From NCBI GenBank assembly GCA_001724265.1, contig MEDY01000370.1:1-56335 (forward strand): DNA of 56,335 nt, given 5' to 3'. The notes under the pieces are model-generated. The model was not told where the DNA came from and searched no databases. It saw nothing but the letters and a program-made list of their open reading frames with translations. The position numbers and the translations under genes are program-made. Positions 34,801-46,934 of this stretch are shown piece by piece. Each line of letters starts with the position of its first letter. Position 1 is the first letter of the stretch. Source of the stretch: Rhizaria sp. SCN 62-66. Its lineage: Eukaryota.

Positions 34801-37800
34801 GGGGCGCGAAGTTTGCCGCCGCACAGGCGCACACAGCGCATCTACCGGGCCGGCTGGGCGGCCGTGTGATTGCCGACGCGCCGGTGAGCACGCTGTCGGG
34901 CGGGCAGCGGCGGTGCGTGTCGCTGGGCATCGCGCTGATTGGCGACCCGAAGCTGGTGATCTTGGACGAGCCGACGGCGGGGCTGGACGTCGCGGCGCAG
35001 GCCTCGGTGCGCGCGCTGCTGCAGGAGCAGCGCAGGCACCGCGCGATCCTGCTCACGACGCACTCGATGGAGGAGGCCGAGATCTGCGACCGCATCGGCA
35101 TCCTCGCCAACGGCTCGCTGCAGACTGTGGGTTCAAGTCTGTTCCTTAAGCGCACGTTCGGCGCTGGTTATGTGTTGTTTGTTTCCAAGGCACCTGAGGA
35201 GACTTTGATCGAGACTGCAGCCCGCGGAAAGGCCGCTGTCGCCGCTGCAGCCGCGGCGATGGCCGTGCTGGAGCCAACCCCAGAAGAACTTGCCGTTGAA
35301 GAGTCCACGCGAGTGCGGCTCACGCCGTCAGGCCGGCGCATTGCGCGCGCCTTATCAGCCGTGAGTGCGGAGCTTGTGGCACTCTCTGACGTCGCTGGAG
35401 ACATGAAATTCGCGATTCCAATCGCTGCAGTGTCACGTCTGCCCGATCTGCTTGATATGATTGAGCGTGATAAATCGGCTCTTAAGGTCGCGTCCTTTTC
35501 CGTTTCTGTCACACCACTTTCAGACGTATTTTTTACCGTGGCCAACGCCGCTGTCGTTGATGACGATGTACCTCATGCTGTCGTTCAAATCCCATCGGTT
35601 AAGCTGCGTCCGGAAGACTCGCTTGTGCACAGCAGCAAGTCTTCATTGCAATCCTACCGCGAGGCTGCTGCCTCCGCTTTAGCCGCCCCCCGTGCCAATG
35701 GGAGGGCTGGAGATGCTGATGACAGTCTTGACGCCGTCATTGTTGCCGATTCGATGCTTAATTTGACTCAGGCTGAGCTGCGGGGTGAAATCAAAGGAGG
35801 CGAGGGGGCTACTGCGACCCAGAGCGACGAGAGTCACGTGGCGACAGTTAAGCATATGGCTACTCGTGCGAATAATTGTCTTTCAACCCCACTGCTGTCA
35901 GATGCTGAACCGACAATGATTAGCAATATGTGTCACAAACATGTCTTTACCAACACGCAACCCGACTGTGATCGCGCGATTGACAACATCAACAAGAGCT
36001 CGAATGATTCTATCCGCGAGGTTTGCAGCGATTCCACGACAAGCGGTGTCAGTACCAACAACGGGCTCAATCCCTCGAAGACAGCCACTTTGGACCACCC
36101 CAATGATGCTGGCGCTGACATCAATGGTTTCTTCGCGCACAATGACAACCTTTGGCTTGATGACTTTGCACACCGCCGCCTTTATGGCCGCTCCGTTTTC
36201 TGCGACATTTTGCGAGCAATGTACTCCAAGCGCGCAAGAATTTCGCGTCGCGATTGTATTCCGATTTTTGTTCAGACTCTTGTTCCCGTTGCGGCTGTTT
36301 TTGCGTGCATGATGGCGCTGTATTTCGCCTTTGCGCAACCTGATCCTCGAGAGACGGTTGATTTTACACGATCAGGATTATTCTCTGAGCTCCCGGCGTC
36401 GCCAAAGGCTGCACTTACTCCACTGTACGAACACAGCGAAGGCGCCGCGCTGTTTACCAATGAATACGCACGACTCAGTGCGGCGGACGCCGCTCTCCAA
36501 CCTGTCGTTGTGACGCCCCGGGAGCACATTTATGCCGATTCGTGCTACAACGCATTCACATATCAGGAACATACCTTGCAGTTGATCAAGGGACTTGTTG
36601 CACCAGATTTCTACGGTGCAGTGATTGCCGTGTGCTCAGCAGAGAACATGTTCCTAGATACCGAATCGAGTGTTTTCAAGTCGACTAGCGCGAGGACTCG
36701 TGGCAACATTGGTGCTGCGACGGCGTCCGACTTTTCAGCAATGGTTTTGATGAACACAACTGTTCCAGATGCTCTGATCCTGGCGCAGGTTGATATCACT
36801 AACGCCATGCTTAAAATGGTCCATGATCGCTCTCTCGCTGCCGCTGCTGTCGTTGCGAGTGCGGATGGCGATAACTCAACAACAGCGATTTCGAACTAGA
36901 ATTTCATGACTGCATCTACACCTGCCCAGTTCCAGCTATCATTCACCACGCGCGTGGATTCGGTGGTCGCGGCAAAAACGTTCTTTCCAGAAGGTGCTCC
37001 AGCCGCGATCTCCATTGCTGTGGCGCTTGTGCTGCTGTCGAGTCTTTATGGAATGGTGCCTCTTCAGGTACGACCACTTGAAATTTTGACATGCATCATG
37101 GAATGTTTATAAATGTACATGTACCGTCTTATCTTTTCCTGGACCCCTAATTCTTGTATTCTTCTTTGTCTTGATTTCTACTTGACGTTACTTGCTGTCA
37201 CAGGAGCGTGTGTCACAGTCGAAGCATTTGCAGTATGTGTCTGGCGGGTCCAGCCCGGCGTATTGGATTGCAAACTTTTTCTGGGACATCACCGTCGCAC
37301 TTGTTCCCTACTTGGTATTCATCGGTGTCGGTCTCTTCACACACAGCTCTTATCTCTGTGGTCTGGACGTGTTTCTGATTTACTGGTCATTCACGTTTGC
37401 GTCGATCCTTCAGGCTTATTGCATGAGTTTCTTTTGCGAAACCCCTGGCCGCCTACAAACCGCCATGTACCTTGTCAACGCGGGCTCCATTGCAATTCTC
37501 ATGCTCACGCTTAGCGCCACAGTTGATCTCACATTACAATCAGCCGAAATAACAGAGACCCTGCCGTTGTCACGGATTTTCACAGTTATGTTTCCCACTG
37601 GCGGACTTCTCATTGCAATCTTTTTTTCCGTCATGGGCCCGCTATCTGGGGAAACGCTCGCGACGTTCTCGCCTAAAATCTACGCCGGATTTATTGCTGC
37701 CTCTGCGGTTTTCTACACAATCTTGCTAATCATTTTCGAGGTCAAGTCGCGGTACGGACTTGCCGACTGGCTACTGTGCGCGCGTGCGCCTCTCCACATG

Positions 37801-39275
37801 ATCAACCCGGGGCGCCACGAGCGGCCCGCGCGGGAGGACCCAGATGTCGCTGCAGAGCGCGAGGCTGTGCTAAACGGTGAGCGTGAGAACGCGATGTACT
37901 ACCCCGTGGTGTGCTACGGGCTGCGCAAGGTGTTTCCGCCGCGCCGCTCCCCGCCCGCACCCGCGCACGTGGCCGTCAGCGACCTGCATTTTGCCGTCGC
38001 CAAAGGCGAGTGCTTCGGCCTGCTGGGCTCCAACGGCGCCGGCAAGACGAGCGTGCTGCAGATGCTCACGGGCGGAATGCTGCCCACGTCAGGCGCTGCC
38101 ACCGTCAGTGGCTTTGACATCCAGGTTCGTTTTTGATTGTAGAGTTTTGCAATTTAATATCAGGTTTGATCATTATTACTCTATCTTATTCTTGTTCTGT
38201 TTCACTTCCGGGGATATGCGACATTGATCCATCTTTGCTCACCTCATTTTGTTGCATTCACTGTTCTTTCTAGATTGACTCTGAGGCTGTCGCTACAGTT
38301 GTTGGCTACTGCCCTCAATACGATGCCTTTGTGTCTCAGCTTACGGGCCGCGAGAACCTGGAATTCTTCGCTCGCCTGCGCGGTGTATCTGGTGAGCAAA
38401 TCACAATGTACGTTGCAGAGCTTCTGCGTCATCTCACTCTCGAAGCCTGTGCGGACCAAACTGCGGCCACGTACTCCGGCGGCAACAAGCGCAAGCTCTC
38501 GGTGGGCATCGCGCTCATTGGTAACCCGCCGATCGTGATCCTGGACGAGCCCTCGACCGGCGTGGACCCGCAGGCGCGGCGCTCGATGTGGCGCCTCATC
38601 TCGTCCACGATGGCGGATCGCGTGACTGTTATGCACGCCGGTGCGCTACAGTGCATTGGTACGCCGTCGTACCTTAAGGATGAGCTGGGCAGCGGGTTTA
38701 TCGTCACCATTGCGGCAGCATCTTTTGCCACACGTGCGGCTGCAGAGGATGCGATTTTGAGTCGATTTGTTGGTGCGATGAGGCGGGAGCAGCGCGGCGT
38801 TACTCTTAAGATCTACATTCCGCGTAATGCACACTATATTCCGTCTTTAACGGGTGCACGTGACGACACCAATTCTTGTGTGAGCAACACGTCACCAACT
38901 GATGTCGCTGCTTCTGAAGATGGTACGAAATCAAAGACTCGGAAGAGCAGGCGTGGTGATTCCATGCGCTCACTAAAGCCTGTTGGTTCAGCGCACCTTG
39001 CATCGCGCGCGATAAGTGCGGCAGTGATCTTCCGTGTCCTCGAAGAGGTCAAAACGAGCGTCGGTATTGAGACATACTCTGTCGCTACGACAACTCTTCA
39101 GGACGTCTTCCTCAAGATCGTGGCACCCGAGCTTGCTGTGGGTGGCACTGACGATGCCATGCTAGCATCTGCTGTGGCGGTTTCGCCTCATGTGCGCGTG
39201 GTTAATGCGGCCGAAGAGGATGAGAAAGAGTTGTACTCGTTCCAACGCTCGCTCATCGCTGCGCAGCACGTCTAA
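31821..39275 (+). CDS. Full-size ABCA-family transporter, about 2316 aa (exons 31821-31888, 32108-37067, 37204-38124, 38274-39275; TAA stop); in-frame TAG at 36897-36899
   Basis: LVVKDMRIKVR..LSFTFELLLP, GERETKMYEMLRVTG, LLGHNGAGKST, GFCPQHD, LSGGQRR, ILDEPT, LTTHSMEEAE; second half ERVSQSKHLQ..SG....YWIANF, LLGSNGAGKT, YSGGNKRKLS, LDEPSTG.DP, TLQDVFL. Confidence 0.92.
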
Positions 39276-39617
39276 ACCAATCGATAATGACTCCATTTGC
39301 CAAACATAATTTGACTTCATTTGATTAATTTTCTTTCTACATAGTAGTTATTGATCCATTATTCACTAATTCCTTGTTTCTAGTTCATCTACTTTCACCA
39401 GCTTGCGATTCAGCGAGTTCGTATCACATTCGGCACGCTACAACATACACAGCCAACTTTCTCCCTTCTTACAGATCTTCTGACAACCAAAACGAAATCT
39501 TCATACACACGGCAATCTGATCGTCAAAGTGTTAAAAGGACACCGACCAGAACTGTACACGCTGCCTTTCTTATTATACTCTTATTATATCTTTTCAACT
39601 CCCCATGTTGTTTTAGG

Positions 39618-41573
39618 ATGGCTTCTTTGGGATTCCGTGGTGGCGACGCCAAGTCTGTTGATTGCGACACTCCTGTTCTGCCCGACTGCATTGCTTCGCG
39701 CAAGACGCAGCCTTTTATGCCGGCCATTATTGTCCACGGTGGCGCAGGATGGATTTCTGACGAGCGCGCTGTGGTCTGCATTGAGGGCGTTGAACGCGCG
39801 GCAAAGGCAGGCTACGCCGTGCTCATGCGTGGAGGGTCCTCCATGGACGCCGTCTAGGCCGCTGTTCGGTACGATAAATTCTTTCCATAACAAGATGACG
39901 TTCATATATAGCCATTTAAATGGGGGTTGGAGCAATTTCCACTCACCTCGGAACTTTACATGTCTAATTGCTTTATATAAACCTATTTTTTATTCCTTGC
40001 CTCTCGCAGCGTCATGGAAGACGACGAGCAGTTCAACGCCGGCCGCGGCTCCGTCCTGACGACCGCCGGCCATGTCGAGCTTGACGCCGTTGTCATGTGC
40101 GGCGACACGCTTGCCGCGGGCGCCATCGCGGGCGCCACGTGCCCCCGCAACCCTGTCTCTCTGGCCCGACGCGTCATGGAGGCGACTCCGCACGTGCTTC
40201 TAACTGGCCCTGGCGCCGATGCTTTCGCGCGCGAGCCCGGGACCGGCGTGCAGTGCGAAGGGCCCGAGTACTTCATCACCGACACGGCGCGCGCACGGCT
40301 GGAACGGATGCGCGCCGCTGCCACCGCGGCTGTGGCTGAGGAGGCCGTCGCCAAGACCCACGCCAGCTCTGCGACGATCACTTCTGATGCTGCGAATGTA
40401 GCTAAGGCGGGATTCCGCAGCGCGCTCGCCGCTGGCGAGGCCCCGCCCGACGTGAACTCCTTTATGTCTCCTTCCGCCAGTGCAGGCAGCGCTGACGCCA
40501 CGAAGCACGCCGCTGCTGTCACGGCCGCGGGGCCCGGTTTAGCCACACTAGTGGCGAAAACGCTCTCCGCTTCAAGTTGCGTTGCCAGTGGCGCCCAGCG
40601 CGTTGTTGACGGCGTTTGCGAGAAGATTCTCCGCGACCGTGGGTTCGAGCACGACACGGTCGGCGCGGTTGCCATTGACGCCACTGGCTCTATTGCCGGC
40701 GCGACGTCGACAGGTGGCATGAGCAACAAGCGTGCTGGCCGTGTCGGTGACGCCCCCATCGTCGGCGCCGGCGTCTATGCGTACGTCATCCGAAACATAT
40801 CCGCAATGCATTTCCACCATAATTTTGCCTTTTGCATTCGCACTTTCTATGTTTCATTTTTACCTCATTCTGCACATGAGTTGTTTCACATCTTGTTTTG
40901 TTTGCTTGGTTGTTTGTTTGTTTGTTTGTTTTGTTTATACAGCGACTCCGCGGTCGCCGGTGTGTCAAGCACCGGTCACGGAGAGGCCATCCTCAAGGCT
41001 GCACTTGCCTCCCGCGCCGTCATCGCCCTCGAGACTGCCACCGCAGCTGACTGCAAGAAGCAGGAGCAGACTAGCAGTGACCATGAGAGTGACCATGGGC
41101 GCGCACTCGTACTCTATGCGCTCGTCACTGTGGCTGATGCAGAGGCCGCGCTAGGCGCTGACGCTGCGGCCGCGCTCCCGCGCTACGGTTCGCACTGCCT
41201 CGCGCCTCTGCCATCCACCGTCTCCGGCGATCACAGTATCGGCAGGGGTAACTCGTCAGCTGCGACTACGCCTGCGCCTGTGCCTGCGCCCGGGAGCGAC
41301 TGCGAACTCGCTCTCGCCCACGCGCTGCGGTACATGCAGACGCGCGTGGCCGACAGCGAGGGCGCTGGGCTGGTAGCGGTTGACAGCAAGGGTCGCACGG
41401 CGCGCGCGCATAATGCACCACGCATGAGTTGGTGCTCCGTCGAGACTGTGGCAGTTCCAAACAGCAACAACAAGAGCGATGATGACAAGAGTGGCGCTAT
41501 GCGTAAGGTGGGTGTTTGCACGGCGGGTGTTGAGGCGTACAGGCCCGTGCTGCGCGCGGCCATGCACTGGTGA
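39618..41573 (+). CDS. Isoaspartyl peptidase / L-asparaginase type 2 (Ntn-hydrolase), about 550 aa (exons 39618-39868, 40010-40780, 40943-41573; TGA stop); in-frame TAG at 39855-39857
   Basis: PAIIVHGGAG, GGSSMDAV*AAVRVMEDD.QFNAGRGS, ELDA..M.G, NPVSLAR, HDTVGAVA (Thr nucleophile), ATSTGG..NK..GRVGDAP..GAG.YA, STGHGE. Confidence 0.93.
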
Positions 41574-41807
41574 GCGCGCAGAGTGTCATCTCGAACAAGA
41601 GACGCAATGCATCGAGTTGGAATATCTTATCTGACCACAAGAGTCATCATTTGAAGGTTATATAGAACGAAATTGATTCAGCCAAATAAGATAATAAATA
41701 AAGCTATGTATATTCTAATACGACGTTGAATTAAATTGAACTAAATAAAGTAGACTCGTATATCTAGTCAGAGATGTTGCATTCGATAACCCAAAGCAAG
41801 CCACCGG

Positions 41808-43099
41808 TCATGACTTGCTCTGGTTGCCGAATTGCTTGCTGTCAAAGGCCATCAGTGTGGGATCCGAGTCGTAAAACGCCGTGAGTGCAGGGTCCTCAAC
41901 ACACTGCACGTTGAACACGCGCGCGAACTCTGCGACGATGTCGTCCGCGACGGCTTCGAGCGACACGCCACTTGGCGGCGGAAGCGTGCCCCGGACCGCG
42001 GCGGCTTCTGCGACGGCCATCGCGCCGTACTGCACGCGCTCCTCGCGCTGCTGCTCGAGCAGCCCGTGCAGCGAGGCGACGCTCTTGCCCTTGATGCCGC
42101 ACGGCACGATGCGGTGAAACCCCTCGAGCGCGACGGGCTCGACGTTGACCGCGAACCCGTGCATCGTGACCCAGCGGCGTACCTTGATCCCCAGCGCGGC
42201 GACCTTGGCGGAGCCGTCGTTGACCCACACGCCCGGATTTGCCGCGTCGCCCGCGGCCGGGATACCGTGGCGAGCGAGTACCGCGGTCACGGTGTCTTCG
42301 ATCTTATGCACGTACCAGTGCAGGTCCTTCTTGTGGCGCTCGAGGCTGAGGATGGGATAGACCGTCAGTTGGCCGGGACCGTGGTAAGTCACTTCGCCAC
42401 CGCGCTCGAGCTAAACAGCAAGTAGAAAACGTAATGCTCACAAGGTTATGTGAGTTGATGTTTTTTACATAACTGGGATGTCTACATAATATGACACAAG
42501 ATGGCAGTGATCAAGTTGTTGTGTTTGCGGTTTAGTAACGTACGCGATGCATTTCATAGGAGCTCGTGTCAAAGAGCACGTTGTCGAGCGTTGCGGCCTT
42601 GCCGAGAGTGTAGACGGGCGCGTGCTGAACCACGAACAGGACGTCGCGAGGATATGGGTCAACTTTGGGGGTCTTGGCCTCGACAAGAGTCTATGTAAAC
42701 GCAAAACAAATAGAAGTTACAAAATAAGATGCAAATATGAGTAGAGTCTACTAAATTCGAGATATACTTGGATACGTAATAGTTACATCACAGAAGACAT
42801 TGGTACGTGTCAATAAAGTTGCGTACCTCCATCCAGTTGAGCGCAGCGCTAAAGGGCGTCAGCTTGTTGACACGACGGTATACAGAGACAGCAGACAGCG
42901 GGATGTCCGGCGACACAGGCGGCAGACGCGGTGCTTCAGCCACGACAGGCTTAGCAACGACTTGCTGGGGCTGGAGTGTTGCAGCGACCGTTGCGGCAGC
43001 GGCGGTGACGTTGGAGTGAAGGGCGGGCGCAGTCGAGAAGAAGGCGCGCGCTAAAGAGCGGCTTGAGCGGGCGGCGCCGCGAGAAATTGAGCGCAGCAT
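41808..43099 (-). CDS. lipB: Octanoyltransferase LipB/LIPT2 with a mitochondrial-type presequence (exons 43099-42827, 42690-42544, 42410-41808; TGA stop)
   Basis: MLRSISRGAARSSRSLARAFF presequence, VQHAPVYTLG, RGGEVTYHGPGQL.VYPIL, GVWV, KVAALGI...RWVTMHGFAVNV, IVPCGI. Confidence 0.95.
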
Positions 43100-43745
43100 G
43101 GCGCAGGGTTGCGTTCGTGTGTGTGGGCGTCGAAATCAGGATATAGGCTCCTAGGCAGAGAGAAGTCGCGCCGTAGTGTGTGGCGCTGTTAGAGAGGCGC
43201 AGTTTGCCATTCAGAAGAGTGCAAATTGGTGAGCATATCATTCCAGTGTGACAACATTATAAGAATATATTTATCAGCCGACTTAAATCTCTCTTGAAGC
43301 AGTGTAATAAATTCCATCGGCGGACTTCTGAGTGCACAGTGAGATGTTGCTAAGTCAGTCATTGGTCGATCACTTTTTCTTTTTTCCGGTCCGTTGGCGA
43401 TCGACGATTGAGGTTTTCGAGCAGCTTTTGGTGACCGTGGGCTAAGGGCCACTTAGCTCAAAGCAGAGAGGACCCATCTGGCAAGCAACAAACATAATAT
43501 TTCGCGTCCTATAGCCCACGGGGTAGAGTGGCAATAGTTTTTTGTGATATACCACTGTATTTTCCAATTACACTTTAAACAAGACTTCTGATGAGTCAGA
43601 TGGGGACGCATACGAGCCTTCCCGACGTTTGCATAGAGCCCCCTTTCAGACCTGTCCCAAGCCCACTTTCCAAATCGCCCTCTGTTTCCCCCACATTCAC
43701 CCTGTTTCGCTCTTTGACGTTTTTGCCCACTTGTTTCGTAGTGTG

Positions 43746-46700
43746 ATGAGGTTTCTTGTTGGAATCCTTGTTGGCATCCTCGCTGCCGCCGTCGGCTCCG
43801 AGGCCATGTCTGTGACGAGCCGCGTCGAGCAGGCGTCCCTCTACCCTTCCGGTGTGGCGGCGCCCGTCGTGGCCGTTGCTGCCGAGGTTGCCGCCCCCGC
43901 GCACGTTGCTTCCGCTGAGGTCGCCGTCTCTGCCGAGGTCGAGGTCGAGGCTGAGCTCGAGTCCGAGTTCGGCATCGCTGCTTCGTCTTCCTTCATCGAG
44001 ACGGAGTTCGCCGAGGACGCCGAGGAGGAGGCTGAGCTTGACGCCGACATCCAGGCCGACATCGAGGCCGAGTACGAGGCCGAGGTTGAGGTCGACGCCG
44101 CCGACGAGGCCGAGGCTCCCGCCCTGCTCGAGCTCGACGCCGAGGCCGACATCGAGGCTGAGGCTGACGCTGAGTCCGCCATCAACTCGTTCCTCGAGGT
44201 CGCTGCCGAGTCCGAGATTGACCTCACCGCCGAGGTTGAGGAGGAGGCTCTCGCACAGGCCGAGTACGAGACCGCGTTCGAGGAGTTCCTGACCAACCCC
44301 ACTACTCCGGCCAAGGTCGAGGACAAGAAGGCAAGCGTCAAGGCCGCCGAGGCCGCCGTCAAGGCCGACCTCGCTGCTCCCGCTGCTCCTCTCGGTGCCA
44401 CTGCCAAGGCTGATGCCAAGGCCGCCGCTAAGGTTGAGACCAAGAAGGAGGAGACGAAGGAGGCCGTCGCCGCTGCTGTCGCTGCCCCGGTCAAGAACGA
44501 GACCGCCGCCGTCTCGAACGCCACCAGCGCCGCCGTTGCTCCTGTCAAGGTTGAGGATAAGAAGGCTGCCGAGGCTGCCATCAAGGCCGACCTTGCTGCT
44601 CCCGCTGCTCCTCTCGGCACCACCGCCAAGGCCGACGAGAAGGCCGCCGCAAAGGTCGAGTCCAAGAAGGAGGAGAAGAAGGAGGCCGCCGCCGCCGGTG
44701 CTGCGCCTGCCTCCGAGGCTAAGCTTGAGGATGCTAAGGCTGCTGTTGCCGCTGACCTCGCCAAGCCCGCTGTCACCTCTGCTGCGCCCGTCGTCACCCC
44801 CATCCCGGCTGTCGGCGCCGCCGCTGCTGCCAAGCCCGCCTTCCTGGAGGAGGAGGAGCCCGTCGTGGTCGCCCCCGCCCCCTCTGCTGCTGCTGCCCCT
44901 GCTTCCGCCAAGCTTGAGGATGCCAAGGCTGCTGTGGCCGCTGATCTCGCCAAGCCCGCCGCTGCTGCTGCCCCCGCTGCCGCTGCCGATGCTGCGCCCG
45001 CGTCTGCCAAGGTCGAGGCTGCCAAGGCCGCTGTCATCGCCGACCTCGCCAAGCCCGCCGTCGCTTCCTCTGGCAAGAACGAGACGTCGATTCCTGCTGG
45101 TGCCGTCATCCCTGTCAAGGTCGATGACAAGAAGGCTGCCGAGGCCGCCATCAAGGCTGACCTCGCCACGCCCGCTGCGCCCCTCGGTACCACCGCTAAG
45201 GCCGACGAGAAGGCCGCCGCGAAGGTTGAGGTCAAGAAGGAGGAGAAGAAGGAGGCTGCTGCCGCTGCTGCTGCCCCTAGCTCCGCCGCGCCCGCCGCTA
45301 CTGCATTCGTCGAGTCCCAACCGATCTACACCAACCGTCTTGACAAGATCTTTGCCCTCAAGCAGAACATCGTCGCCGTCGCCACCCCGCACGAGACCGA
45401 CGGCAGCCGCCTCATCATGGACACGCTCACGGGCAAGATTGCCGTCATCAAGCCCCGCCCGCCGCCGGTGCCCCTCTTGCCCGGACAGCTCCCCCCGTAC
45501 CGCCCCCCGCGCCCGTTCTTCCCTCCGGGCGTGAATGGCCAGACCTCGATCCTCAAGCAGGCCCTCGACGCGTACCGCCGTGAGCAGCGCATCAACGCCG
45601 CCGAGCTCGCCATCACGGACCTCTTCGGCACCACCGCCTCCACTGCCGAGGCTGCCTCGACCGCCACCTCCACCGCGGACGCCGCGGCTTCTGCTGACTC
45701 GAGCGAGGACGCGACTTTCGTCGAGCAATACAGCGCTAACTCCACCGCCGCCGCCGCTGCTGCCGACCCCAAGCCCGTCGTCGCCGCCGCCACCGTCGCA
45801 AAGGCCGAGGCTAAGACTGAGGCCAAGAAGGCCGAGGTCAAGGCTGAGGTCAAGGCCGCCGCCGTCCCCGCCGTCGCTAAGGCCGCCGTTGCTGCCAAGG
45901 TCGCCTCTGGTGACGCCGTCAAGGCCCCTGTTGCCGCCGCCACCACCGACATCAAGGGCCAGGCACTCGCCGCTGCGCTCGCCAGCGCTGTTGCCAGCAA
46001 TGGCACCGCCGTTGCCACCAACGGCACCGGCGCCGCCGTTGCTGCTGCAGCCCCCGCCGTTGTGCCCGTCAAGGTCGACGTCAAGGCCGCCGAGGCCGCC
46101 ATCAAGGCTGACCTCGCTGCTCCCGCTGCTCCCCTCGGTGCCACCGCCAAGGCCGACGAGAAGGCTGCCGCCAAGGTCGAGACCAAGAAGGAGGAGAAGA
46201 AGGAGGCCGCCGCCGCCGCTGCTGCTCCCAGCTCCGCCGCTGCCCCCGTTAAGGCTGATGACAAGAAGGCCGCCGAGGCTGCCATCAAGGCTGACCTCGC
46301 TGCTCCCGCCGCGCCCCTCGGTGCCACCGCTAAGGCTGATGCCAAGGCTGCTGCCAAGGTTGAGGAGAAGAAGGAGGCCGCCGCCCCCGCCGCCGTCTCT
46401 GATGTCAAGCTCGAGGCTGCTAAGGCCGCCGTTGCCTCTGACCTCGCCAAGCCCGCTGCCGCCGCTGCTGCCCCCGCCGCCGCCGCCGCCGCTGCCCCCG
46501 CGATGTAGAGTGTTAGCACCCCTGCCACTGCCGCTGCTGCCGCCGCCGCTAAGACCTCGCTCCTCGACTCTGCCGTCCCCGAGGACGTCGCTGCGTCTAT
46601 CGACGACCAGATCGCGCTCGGCAAGGCCCGCGACGGCCGCCAGGCCTCTGGCCGCCCCGTGCTGCCGCGCAAGAACCAGCTCCACGCCGAGTACGACCTC

Positions 46701-46934
46701 GCGCAGCGCGCTTCGACATTCAAGGCCGCGCAGGCCAAGATCCAGTCGCTCGGTGATCAGATGGCGCGCGCTGAGGCCGCGGCCGCCGCCGAGGCCGACC
46801 TCGCGGCAGCGACCATGAACGGCCTGCTCACCCCTGAGCCGGCGTCGAACGTCATCATCGCGGGCAAGACCAACTTCCGCCCCAACGATGAGTTCGTCCT
46901 TGCGTCCGCCAACACCGGCGTGCCCCTCGTCTAA
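43746..46934 (+). CDS. Secreted or surface Ala/Lys/Glu-rich repeat protein, about 1062 aa; in-frame TAG at 46506-46508; TAA stop
   Basis: Signal peptide MRFLVGILVGILAAAVGSEA, acidic region, internal repeats, and strong GCC/AAG/GAG codon bias. The frame continues after TAG (APAM*SVSTPATAAAAAAAKTSLLDSAVPED...) into the 46659-46934 ORF. Confidence 0.88.
44341..46460 (+). repeat. Intragenic dispersed repeats: 5 x KAAEAA(I/V)KADLA.PAAPLG.TAKAD.KAAAKVE and 4 x K(L/V)E.AKAAV..DLAKPA
   Basis: Read directly from the translation and from the near-identical nucleotide blocks. Confidence 0.9.

Noticed and set aside
40781-40942. In-frame hydrophobic 'insertion' in the asparaginase ORF
   Set aside because: It is a 162-nt T-rich GTACGT...AG intron; removing it restores GAGVYADS.
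43500-43560. GTCCTATAG... resembling the 5' end of a tRNA-Gln
   Set aside because: No T-arm (GTTCRA) or cloverleaf follows. I saw no suppressor tRNA in the window by eye.
43596-46738. Long antisense and alternative-frame ORFs (1029 aa, 464 aa, 470 aa, 379 aa, 427 aa)
   Set aside because: Shadow ORFs caused by the GCC/AAG/GAG codon bias of the + strand repeat protein.
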